From contig JBPCJZ010000084.1 of the NCBI GenBank assembly GCA_051004775.1, forward strand, positions 16,589 to 80,588: a stretch of DNA of 64,000 nt. The letters are read 5' to 3'. The notes under the pieces were generated by a model that was not told the DNA's origin, made no database searches, and worked only from the letters and a program-made list of their open reading frames with translations. The translations under genes were made by a program, and so were the position numbers. Shown here piece after piece: positions 9,604-17,477 of the stretch; within the stretch, counting starts at the first letter, position 1, and each line of letters opens with the position of its first letter. This DNA comes from Gemmatimonadota bacterium (GTDB lineage: Bacteria; Gemmatimonadota; Gemmatimonadetes; Palauibacterales; Palauibacteraceae).

Positions 9604-9627
9604 AAAAGGCCCGCCGAAGCGGGCCTT
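9604..9627 (-). terminator. Intrinsic terminator after the M56-HEAT gene
   Basis: Minus strand GGCCCGC-TTCG-GCGGGCC followed by TTTT; UUCG tetraloop. Confidence 0.8.
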
Positions 9628-9642
9628 CCGGGAAACGCGGGT

Positions 9643-11679
9643 TCAGTTCAGGATCATGCCGAGCGCCCACATTGCTTTGTCGCGCACCTCGGCGTCCGGA
9701 TCTTCGACGGCGTCGACGACCGTATCGAGTCCCTCCCGATCCTCGATCATTCCGAGAGCCCAGACGATCTGCTTTCGGACGTCCGCCACGTTTTCCTGCG
9801 CGAAAGCGGCCGCGAGCCCACTGACAGCCGCGGAGGACTCGATCATGCCGAGCGCCCAGGCCGTCTGATCCCGCACCGCGGGAGATTCGTCCCGCAGCAG
9901 GGGCAGCAGCCCGTCGACCGCGGACGAGGACTCGATCATGCCGAGCGCCCACACCGCCTGCTTCCGCAGATCGGCATCCGAATCGCGTAGCAGGGGCGAC
10001 AGGGCTTCGACCGCGTCGGGCGACTCGATCATGCCGAGCGCCCAGGCCGCCTGTCGACGCACGGCCACACTCTCATCCAGGACTGCTTCACCGAGGGCCG
10101 GAACCGCGGCCGGGTCTTCGATCATCCCGAGAGCCCAGGCCGCTTCCTTGCGCACGCCCGCGTCCGTGTCGGACCGGACGGCGCGAGAGAGCGCTTCGAC
10201 CCCACGGGAATTCTCGATGCTCCCCAGCGTGTGCGCCGCCTTGCGGCGTAGTGACGCATCGTCGGACGACATGGCCTTCATCAGCGCCTCGAAGACCCGC
10301 GAATCGATCGTATCGGCGGCCAGCGCCGCGGCCGGATCATCGACGTCGGCGCCGCCCGACATCTCCAGCGATACGGTCCCCCCCGCTTCTCCCGCTTCGG
10401 AGTCGAGCTCGATGCCCTCGTTGGTCGACCGTTTCGTCGAAGTATTGGCGTCGCGATCGGTCGTTCGGCCTTCCACGAGGTCCAGCTGGCGCGGTTCGGC
10501 CTCGGCCAGCGGGGCCATCTCAGCTTCCGCCGTGTCGGCGTCGGGGGGGGGTGCAGGCTCGAGGGCCGCGAGCGGAACCACCATTGCCGCGAGCAGGGCC
10601 GTGCCGGCCAGCGCGGAACGTCGGCCCAGGCTGCGGCGGCTGCGTCGATGGTCGAGGATGGCGAGGACTCGTCCTTCGAGCTCCGATGAACGAGCCATGG
10701 CGACGGCGGCGCGCAGCGGCCGAGCCCCGCGGCTTAGCCCCCGGGCGACTTCGACGAGGTGATGCGCGTAGTCGGCGCCCTCCGTGCCGGCGGCGATCAC
10801 CGCGTCGTCACAGGCCCGCTCGCGGTGCGACCGCATGCGCCGGGCCGCGATCCAGGCCAGCGGGTTCGGCCAGTGCACGGCGAGCGCCAGCTCCGACAGA
10901 GCCTGCGCGAGACAATCGTTCCGGCGGAGGTGGGCCAGCTCGTGCAGAACGACGACCCGGCGCCGATCCTCCGGCCAGTCCTCGATCCCACGCGGCAGAA
11001 TCAGCCAGGACCCGAAGAGCCCCCACGCCATCGGCACACGGACCTCGTCGCTCACGACGACGCGCACGTCGCGCCGCAACCCGGCCTTCAGGGACAGGAG
11101 AGAGACGAGAATCGTCCACTGCCGATCGGTCACCGGGCGCCCGCGGCGCACCAGGCGCCGGGCCCGCCACAGGCCGAGTCCGAGGCGTCCCGCGAGAAGC
11201 GCCATCCCGATCAGCCACACGAACAGTACGATCGTCGGGATGGGCACCGACGACGCCCGTTCGATCTCGTGCGATGTCCCTGTTACCGTGGCGGGCACTG
11301 ACATGGAAGCGGGGAGCCCGGTCCCCGCGTCGACGCCCGCCGCCGATACTCCACCCCTCGGCCACGGCACGCCGCCCTTCTCGATGGAACCCGCCTCCGC
11401 ACCATTCGCCGCCTCGCGGCTGGAGGCGACGACCGCGGTAAGCGCCTCCGGAGCGGCTATCCGCCACTCGGGAAGGGCCGCGGTCAGGACCGGCAACGCG
11501 AGCAGGCCCGCCATCGCCAGCGCCCAGACGTGATAACGCACGGCCGCCGGTGCTCGCCTGGCCGCCAGCGCGACGGCGCCCGCCACCAGGAGCAGCGCCG
11601 CACCACGCAGGAGGATCGAAAGGGCGAGTGCTGCCGGCACCGCCGTCTGTCCGGATACTGCGTCCATGATCGTCTCCAC
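9643..11679 (-). CDS. BlaR1-like M56 metallopeptidase with C-terminal HEAT-repeat domain
   Basis: N-terminal TM helices, VPMAWG, HELAHLRRND zinc motif, HWPNPLAW, RERACDD; 7 HEAT repeats after the last TM; GTG start. Confidence 0.9.
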   Translation of the reverse strand: METIMDAVSGQTAVPAALALSILLRGAALLLVAGAVALAARRAPAAVRYHVWALAMAGLLALPVLTAALPEWRIAAPEALTAVVASSREAANGAEAGSIEKGGVPWPRGGVSAAGVDAGTGLPASMSVPATVTGTSHEIERASSVPIPTIVLFVWLIGMALLAGRLGLGLWRARRLVRRGRPVTDRQWTILVSLLSLKAGLRRDVRVVVSDEVRVPMAWGLFGSWLILPRGIEDWPEDRRRVVVLHELAHLRRNDCLAQALSELALAVHWPNPLAWIAARRMRSHRERACDDAVIAAGTEGADYAHHLVEVARGLSRGARPLRAAVAMARSSELEGRVLAILDHRRSRRSLGRRSALAGTALLAAMVVPLAALEPAPPPDADTAEAEMAPLAEAEPRQLDLVEGRTTDRDANTSTKRSTNEGIELDSEAGEAGGTVSLEMSGGADVDDPAAALAADTIDSRVFEALMKAMSSDDASLRRKAAHTLGSIENSRGVEALSRAVRSDTDAGVRKEAAWALGMIEDPAAVPALGEAVLDESVAVRRQAAWALGMIESPDAVEALSPLLRDSDADLRKQAVWALGMIESSSAVDGLLPLLRDESPAVRDQTAWALGMIESSAAVSGLAAAFAQENVADVRKQIVWALGMIEDREGLDTVVDAVEDPDAEVRDKAMWALGMILN

Positions 11680-11680
11680 C

Positions 11681-12070
11681 TCACCCCTCCTCGCGGCGTG
11701 CGCGCTCGATGAGAGCGGTAAGCCGGTTCAACTCGTCATCGGTCAGCTCGGCCGCTTCCTGGTCGAGCAGGGAAGCCATCATCTGTACCGCCGACCCCCC
11801 GAAGAATGTGTCTGCGACGTGCGCGAGGGCCGACTGGCGGGCCCGCTTGTGCGCCATCTTCGGACGATAGACGTACCGGGGCCCCTCCTGGACGTGGGTC
11901 ACGTGACCCTTGTCCTCCAGGATGCGGAGCTGGGCCCGAACCGCCGAGTAGCTCGGCGCGTTGGGGAGATTCTTCCGCACGTCCGCGACGCTTGCCTCTC
12001 CGAGCCGGAAGAGGGCATCCATGATCTGCCGCTCCCTGCGGCTCAGCCGATGCTGCAACTGCTCGATCAT
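11681..12070 (-). CDS. blaI: BlaI/MecI/CopY family transcriptional repressor
   Basis: LSRRERQIMDALF, SYSAVRAQLRILEDKGHV, FFGGSA pattern; directly upstream of the M56 gene; GGAGG RBS. Confidence 0.9.
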   Translation of the reverse strand: MIEQLQHRLSRRERQIMDALFRLGEASVADVRKNLPNAPSYSAVRAQLRILEDKGHVTHVQEGPRYVYRPKMAHKRARQSALAHVADTFFGGSAVQMMASLLDQEAAELTDDELNRLTALIERARREEG

Positions 12071-12081
12071 TCGTCCTCCGC

Positions 12082-12138
12082 TGCTAAGTAACTAGCACTT
12101 GATGCTAAGCATTTAACATGGGCGTCGCGGGGTGTCAA
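12082..12138 (-). promoter_or_regulatory. blaI promoter with clustered TGCTA/TAGCA operator half-sites
   Basis: Perfect -35 TTGACA (12133-12138) with an imperfect -10 (TTAAAT); TAGCA-N5-TGCTA (12093-12107), TGCTA-N6-TAGCA (12082-12097) and ATGCT-A-AGCAT (12102-12112). Confidence 0.65.
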
Positions 12139-12145
12139 GCGACGG

Positions 12146-12421
12146 CTAGCGTCCCCCGCGGGATATGAGCCGGATGACGGCAACGAACAGGGCCGCACCG
12201 ATGATCGACCACACGACGGGGAAGCTCGTGCCCGCGACCTCGAGCACGAAGAGATCGCCGACCCCGAGGGCGCGACCGAGCCACGCGCCGAGCAGGGCGC
12301 CGATGAAGCCGATGGCAATCGACACGAGACAGCCCCCGGTATCGAAGCCGACGATCGCCTGGCCGAGGGAGCCGATCACACCGGCGACGAGAAGGAACAG
12401 CAGCAGATCGATGAGCGTCAT
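12146..12421 (-). CDS. GlsB/YeaQ/YmgE (transglycosylase-associated) membrane protein
   Basis: 91 aa; LVSIAIGFIGALLG and WSIIGAALFVAVI hallmark segments. Confidence 0.85.
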   Translation of the reverse strand: MTLIDLLLFLLVAGVIGSLGQAIVGFDTGGCLVSIAIGFIGALLGAWLGRALGVGDLFVLEVAGTSFPVVWSIIGAALFVAVIRLISRGGR

Positions 12422-12714
12422 TGCATTACGTCCTGTTCATTGTTCGAAGACTGCTCGAATGCGTCCGTGGCCCATTCGGCCGCGAGCGCGACCCCGTGGA
12501 TGAGCTGATCGCCCATCCAGGTCAGCCCCGACCCGATCACGGTCTGGTCGAGCAGGCCCGCCCACACCGCCCCGAGCGCCAGGACGGCGACGACGAGGGC
12601 CGGCTTGAGGATGATGCGAAGGGTCTCCCTGATGACGAGCCACATGACCATGACCAGCAGGCCGAAGAACACCAGGGCGCCAACGAGCGAAGAGGGGATG
12701 GGGATGGATTCCAT
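12418..12714 (-). CDS. Hypothetical membrane protein
   Basis: Two hydrophobic segments; its stop overlaps the next start (ATGA); start could be 12714 or 12726. Confidence 0.7.
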   Translation of the reverse strand: MESIPIPSSLVGALVFFGLLVMVMWLVIRETLRIILKPALVVAVLALGAVWAGLLDQTVIGSGLTWMGDQLIHGVALAAEWATDAFEQSSNNEQDVMQ

Positions 12715-12824
12715 GGCCGGCTGCATCTCCCTGCGGCAGTGGGTTCGGTGGCCGCCGGGGCCGCCGGGGGGGGAAGATGGGGGAGGCCGCGGACGCCGCA
12801 CAAGAGAAGCGATCCGGACGGGAC

Positions 12825-12846
12825 TGTCGGTGGGGTAGGCTAAGGT
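12825..12846 (+). promoter_or_regulatory. PafBC/RecA-NDp-type promoter TGTCGG-N10-TAAGGT
   Basis: TGTCGGTG-GGGTAGGC-TAAGGT matches the mycobacterial consensus TGTCRgtg-N8-TAnnnT; 33 nt upstream of the exonuclease ATG. Confidence 0.7.
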
Positions 12847-12879
12847 ATCTAGTGTGAATCAACGAACACGGAGAGGACA

Positions 12880-13629
12880 ATGAACCTGCTGGCATTCGAC
12901 ATCGAAGCGACGGGGCTCGACCCGTACGAGGACCGTATCCTGGAGCTCGCGGTGATCCGAGTCGAGGACGACGCTCTCGTCTTCCACGCGTTCTTCGACC
13001 CTGAGGGTCCGATCCCCGCCGATTCTACCGAGGTGCACGGCATTACGTCCGAGACCGTTCGCGGCTGCGCGACGTTCGCGTCCTGCGCCGCGGCGATCCA
13101 GCGCCTGGTCGACGGGGCGGTACTCGTCGGGTTCGTCTCCCGCCGCTACGACACCCTGCTGCTCGACGCAGAACTTCGCCGGGCAGAGCAGGCGGGCCTG
13201 GACCTGGACACCGTCGCGGAGATCGACCTGTACCGCGTGTGGCGCGAGGCGGAGCCGCGTAATCTCGGGTCCGCGGTGAAGCGATTTCTCGGCCGGAAGC
13301 ACGACATGGCGCACAAAGCCGTTCCCGACACCGCCGTGCTGCCTCCCCTGCTGCGCGAAATGGGCCGACTATTCGGCTACTCGATCGACGACATGGTTCG
13401 GATGAGCCGGCCGGTGGGCGAGGTCGACAGGTCCGGCCGTTTCTGCGTGGACGAGGAGACCGGGGAAGTGGTGTTCAACTTCGGCAGGCACCGGGAACAG
13501 CCGGTCCGCCTTCACGACGAGTATCTCGAGTGGATGCTCGGCGAACGTTTCCCGCCCGACACGAAAGCCGCGATCCGCGTGCTCCGGCGCAACGGCTTCT
13601 CGTGGGGGTCGGAGCGTTCGGCCGCCTGA
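12880..13629 (+). CDS. DEDDh 3'-5' exonuclease (DnaQ/Pol III epsilon-like) with ExoX-like C-terminal domain
   Basis: FDIEATG (ExoI), RYDTLLL (ExoII), HKAVPDT (ExoIII); C-terminal FNFGRH...EYLEWML; GGAGAGG RBS. Confidence 0.9.
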   Translation: MNLLAFDIEATGLDPYEDRILELAVIRVEDDALVFHAFFDPEGPIPADSTEVHGITSETVRGCATFASCAAAIQRLVDGAVLVGFVSRRYDTLLLDAELRRAEQAGLDLDTVAEIDLYRVWREAEPRNLGSAVKRFLGRKHDMAHKAVPDTAVLPPLLREMGRLFGYSIDDMVRMSRPVGEVDRSGRFCVDEETGEVVFNFGRHREQPVRLHDEYLEWMLGERFPPDTKAAIRVLRRNGFSWGSERSAA

Positions 13630-13691
13630 CCCGGCCGGCCGGCCAGACCATGCCGGCCTGCACGGGCTGCGAGGGATGACCGCCGGGTGTG

Positions 13692-14972
13692 TCAGCGCGA
13701 GGCGATCGCGTCGATTCGCTCGCCCCGGAGCCACGCCAACGTCCCCCCGTCCAACGACGCGCGCTGAATGAACGTGTAGCGTCCGTCCTCCTCGTGGCGA
13801 AACTCGCCCGCGAAGGCGGCGCTGGCGTCGCCGATTGCCGGACCGCCCGGAGGTCCGCGAAGCTGCTCGAGAATTTCGTCCTCGCCGAGGCACATAGCGA
13901 TCAGCATCACCGGGACCTCCGCCGACCAGATGCGGCGGGCTCCCTCCACGTCGATACGCTCCTGGGTGCGGACATGGAGTCCGCCGCTTCGGTGGCAGCT
14001 CCGGTCTCGGTAGGGATCCGTTCCAGTACCCGTGCCCGGGTCGGGGCTCGCCAACGCCTTCAGCGACGACGCCAGGTAGACGGGGGCCGCGAAAGACTCG
14101 GCGGGCATCGGCGCCGAGGGCGCATGGTCTGTAGAGGTCGCCGGCATCTCCCAGGGCGAGTCTCCGGTCGCGCCGGTTCGCAGGAAGAAGGTGGCCACGG
14201 TCTGTCCCTCCCGGATGACCCGCATCCGGTAGGTCCCGGCATAGGGCAGCTCCGCCGTACGTATCCGCTCGTTCTCGGCCCGCTCGAAGGCCGCCGCCAG
14301 GATCCCCCACGCCGGATAGTCGTCCGCGGCGTCACCCGATTCGCGCCGCCAGGTGACAAGGTCGCTCACCGAGCCGTAGGGCCGCTGGGCCACCTCGTCG
14401 GGCGTCGGGAGCCGCTGGTAGAGGTCGAAGAGGTCCTCCGCGTCGAGCCGTCGCTGGCCCGAGCCGAGCGGATGCTCCCAGGGGCTGTTGGGGAATCCCT
14501 CCCACACGGCGAAGTATACGTCGAAGGTGGGGAATCCCCCCAGCCAGTCCTCCGACCGCCTCAACTCTCCGCGATAGAATCCTTCCGAGCCCGGCGGCGA
14601 CCAGGACCAGCTTCCGGTCCAGCGCATCGGTCGACAGTCATCGTCGAAACCCCACGGGACGAGTACGACGTGGCGATCGTCGCGGAGCGCGGCTTCGACA
14701 CGGTCTCCCGAAGCGCCTCCGACTCGGCGGACGTCGGCTACCTGTCCGAACGCCGGCTGTCCCGCGTCCGACAGGCCCGCGGGGATCGTATCCGGCAGCG
14801 GCGCGGCGACCAGCAGAGTCATCCCCGGTTGGCGCGCGCCCTCGCTGAACGGCGCCCCGCAGTCGGTCCCGGCTGGCCGGCCGGCCGGACTGGCGACGCC
14901 CGATGCGACCAGCGCCGCCGTGGCCGCGACGCCGATGGTGGCGAGGACGGGCGACGTTCGTGCCCCGGTCAC
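13692..14972 (-). CDS. Hypothetical exported protein (~426 aa)
   Basis: GTG 14972 overlaps the mscS stop (GTGA); signal-like N-terminus; globular composition; no recognised family. Confidence 0.7.
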   Translation of the reverse strand: MTGARTSPVLATIGVAATAALVASGVASPAGRPAGTDCGAPFSEGARQPGMTLLVAAPLPDTIPAGLSDAGQPAFGQVADVRRVGGASGDRVEAALRDDRHVVLVPWGFDDDCRPMRWTGSWSWSPPGSEGFYRGELRRSEDWLGGFPTFDVYFAVWEGFPNSPWEHPLGSGQRRLDAEDLFDLYQRLPTPDEVAQRPYGSVSDLVTWRRESGDAADDYPAWGILAAAFERAENERIRTAELPYAGTYRMRVIREGQTVATFFLRTGATGDSPWEMPATSTDHAPSAPMPAESFAAPVYLASSLKALASPDPGTGTGTDPYRDRSCHRSGGLHVRTQERIDVEGARRIWSAEVPVMLIAMCLGEDEILEQLRGPPGGPAIGDASAAFAGEFRHEEDGRYTFIQRASLDGGTLAWLRGERIDAIASR

Positions 14973-15928
14973 GTGCCCCCCGACGCCATCGCTTCCGCCG
15001 GCGCTTCGCGGCGGCCTGCGGTATGCAGGTGTACATCGCGCTGCGGGAAGGGAATGGTCACACCCTCCTGGTCGAACGTCAGCTTCACCTGCCGCAGGAT
15101 ATCCCAGCGGACCTCCCAGTAGTCGGCCGTGGCGCACCACGGGCGAACGATGAAGTCGACGGAGGAGTCGCCGAGATTCGACAGCTTGATGACGGGAGCC
15201 GGCTCGTCCAGCACCCCGGGGTGCTGTTCCACGATCCGGTGCAGGATGGCTTCCGCTTGCGGTATGTCGTCTCCGTAGCCGATCCCGAAGACCAGGTCGA
15301 TGCGGCGGATGCTCTCCGCGGTGATGTTCTTGATCACGTCACCCCAGATCTTGCCGTTCGGGATGATCATGCGCTGGTTGTCGAACGTGAGGAGCGTCGT
15401 CGTCACCAGGCTCATCCCGGCCACCTTCCCTGTCACGCCCGCGACCTCCACGGCATCGCCCACGTCGAACGGCGCGTAGGCGAGGATCATCGCGCCGGCT
15501 GCGAAGTTGGACAGGCTATCCTGCAGGGCGAAGCCCAGTACGAAGCCGGCGATGCCCAGGCCGGCGAGGACCGGGCCCAGGTGCACGCCGACGAGCGACA
15601 GCGCCACGACGAGGCCGAGGACCATGATGCCCTTGCCCGTCATGGAGACGAGCGTGTCCTCGAGTAATTGCGAGCTCCGTACGCTCCCATGCTCGGCCGC
15701 GCGGCGGACGACCCGCTTGGCCAGGCGGCCAAGTATCCAGAAGGCGAAGAGAGTTACAAGGACGATGGCCGCGCGCGAAACGAGCCACGGCCAGTGCTCG
15801 GAAATGAAACCCGGGAAGTCCCGGAGGAGTTGAGCCACGTCGGGCGTCGTCGCCGACGATCCCGCGGACGCCTCTTCCTGGGTCGCCACGAGTTGCAGCA
15901 GCGCCGACTGTAGCGCTGGTAGCGCCAT
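14969..15928 (-). CDS. mscS: Small-conductance mechanosensitive channel
   Basis: GFALQDSLSNFAAG, PFDVGDAVEV, IIPNGKI, RRIDLVFGIGY, IPFPQRDVH; start ATG 15928 with GGAGG RBS. Confidence 0.92.
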   Translation of the reverse strand: MALPALQSALLQLVATQEEASAGSSATTPDVAQLLRDFPGFISEHWPWLVSRAAIVLVTLFAFWILGRLAKRVVRRAAEHGSVRSSQLLEDTLVSMTGKGIMVLGLVVALSLVGVHLGPVLAGLGIAGFVLGFALQDSLSNFAAGAMILAYAPFDVGDAVEVAGVTGKVAGMSLVTTTLLTFDNQRMIIPNGKIWGDVIKNITAESIRRIDLVFGIGYGDDIPQAEAILHRIVEQHPGVLDEPAPVIKLSNLGDSSVDFIVRPWCATADYWEVRWDILRQVKLTFDQEGVTIPFPQRDVHLHTAGRREAPAEAMASGGT

Positions 15929-16034
15929 CCAGACCTCCGGGTTCGGTTCACTCACGAGCGGCCCCATGGCCGACCGACCCGAACTTACGAGCGCCGCGTA
16001 TCCGATCAAAGGCGGGGCTCGGGTGGTCGTCGGT

Positions 16035-17477
16035 TCAGATCGCGCCGCGTTCAGCGCCCCGCAGCAACTCCGGCACATCGAAGTCATACGCGTCGGCCCG
16101 GACAGATTCTGCTACGTCCCGCACGAACTCTCCCCGGTCATTGCGCTCCCGAAGATCGACGACGGGACCGGTCGGCGCGTCCGGTCGATCGGCGTTCAGC
16201 AGCACGACATCGGGGTGCAGCGCGTCGTCGGCATGCGTCGCGGTCACGAGGCCGAGTTCATCGTGCGTCGTACGGATCAGCGTGCCGATCGGAAAGAACG
16301 TAACGACGCTGACGAAGGCCTTGACGATGGCGGGGTTCAATTTTTCTCCTGCCATGCGAGCAAGAATGAGGCACGCCTGTTCTGGTGTTGCGGGATCCCG
16401 ATAGGAGCGCGCTCCCGTTACCGACTCATACACATCGGCGACGGCGACGACCTGGCTCATCGCATGCGGTCGCCGATCCGGACCCAGGTCGGGATATCCC
16501 CCGCCCCCATAGTCTAGATGATGTTCGAGCGCCACGACCGGTGTAAGCGGATTCAGGCCGTCGAGGGTGGCGAGGATTTCCGATCCGATGAGGGGATGCC
16601 GCCGGATTGTCCGCCATTCCCGGTCCGTGGGACGCCCCGCCTTCGTCAGTATCTCGACGGGAACACGTGTCTTCCCGACATCGTGGAGGAGAGCCGCTTC
16701 CGCAAGGATGTTCGTCTCCCGCTCGGCCAGTCCCAGTCGTTCGGCCAGGCGAACGCTGAGCAACGCGACATTCACGGAGTGCAGGTAGGAGAGATTCTCA
16801 TACTGCTTCAGGGCCATCACCTGGCTGAGGGCGACTCCGCTGCGCGCCACCCGACCGACAAGCACCTCGAGCAGGTCGTGAATCTCTCGTACGTCAGGGG
16901 AAAAACCGCTCTCGAAGCCCTCGAAGGCTTTTCGTGCCTGGTCCGCCGCGTGCCGGTAATCCGGATCCTCCAACCTGGCTGGAGCGTCGGGCCACATGCG
17001 GCCTGGCCGTCGATGGTGCACGGGCAGTATTCGCGCCAGGCTGACGTGCCGGACGCCCCGCGCCTGCAGCAATTCACCGACGGGCTCGCCGATACCTGGT
17101 CCCCGGTGCTCGCGCGCGATGAAGCTGCCGATGACGCGAATTTCCTCGCGCGTGATTCCCCGGTAGATGTGAAGGCTGTCGAGGCCGAGCGCGCTGAACT
17201 CCTCCAGCACGCGCTGGTGAACCCGACTTTCTCTCGGCAGCGGTTCCCCATCGTAGTTGAGGATCCCGCGAATCACATCCAGCTGCGCGACATCTCGATC
17301 TCCCACGAGCTGCGTCGCGTGGCGCAGCACGTCGTCGATCTGGGCTTCGATCCCCGGGTGGCCGTCGGGATACAACAGGCAGGCCCTTCGCAGGGCTGCG
17401 AGGGCGCGGAAGACCTGGCCGGGATCTAGACCCGGTTCGCGCCCTGTTCCAACAGGCGCGGCGACGGGAGAATTCAA
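16035..17477 (-). CDS. HD-GYP domain protein (putative cyclic-dinucleotide phosphodiesterase)
   Basis: HSVNVA, LLHDVGK, HPLIG, EHH...GGGYP, VADVYE...RSYR; TTG 17477 overlaps the upstream stop (TTGA). Confidence 0.85.
   Translation of the reverse strand: MNSPVAAPVGTGREPGLDPGQVFRALAALRRACLLYPDGHPGIEAQIDDVLRHATQLVGDRDVAQLDVIRGILNYDGEPLPRESRVHQRVLEEFSALGLDSLHIYRGITREEIRVIGSFIAREHRGPGIGEPVGELLQARGVRHVSLARILPVHHRRPGRMWPDAPARLEDPDYRHAADQARKAFEGFESGFSPDVREIHDLLEVLVGRVARSGVALSQVMALKQYENLSYLHSVNVALLSVRLAERLGLAERETNILAEAALLHDVGKTRVPVEILTKAGRPTDREWRTIRRHPLIGSEILATLDGLNPLTPVVALEHHLDYGGGGYPDLGPDRRPHAMSQVVAVADVYESVTGARSYRDPATPEQACLILARMAGEKLNPAIVKAFVSVVTFFPIGTLIRTTHDELGLVTATHADDALHPDVVLLNADRPDAPTGPVVDLRERNDRGEFVRDVAESVRADAYDFDVPELLRGAERGAI

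Larger units (their letters stand above)
8560..10240 (-). repeat. Two arrays of ~93-99 bp coding repeats (HEAT units) with a shared DNA core TCGATCATGCCGAGCGCCCA
   Basis: Core seen on + strand near 8655, 8752, 8843, 8936, 9032, 9128 and near 9650, 9743, 9839, 9932, 10025, 10118, 10214. Confidence 0.8.

Noticed and set aside
8560-10240. Regularly spaced ~20-25 bp repeats resembling a CRISPR array
   Set aside because: They are in-frame HEAT coding repeats with variable third positions and 93-99 bp periods; no cas genes or leader
12757-12783. G-rich tract (G4-N5-G8-N5-G5), potential G-quadruplex near the exonuclease promoter
   Set aside because: It needs the G8 run split to give four tracts, and such tracts are common at this GC content; no independent support
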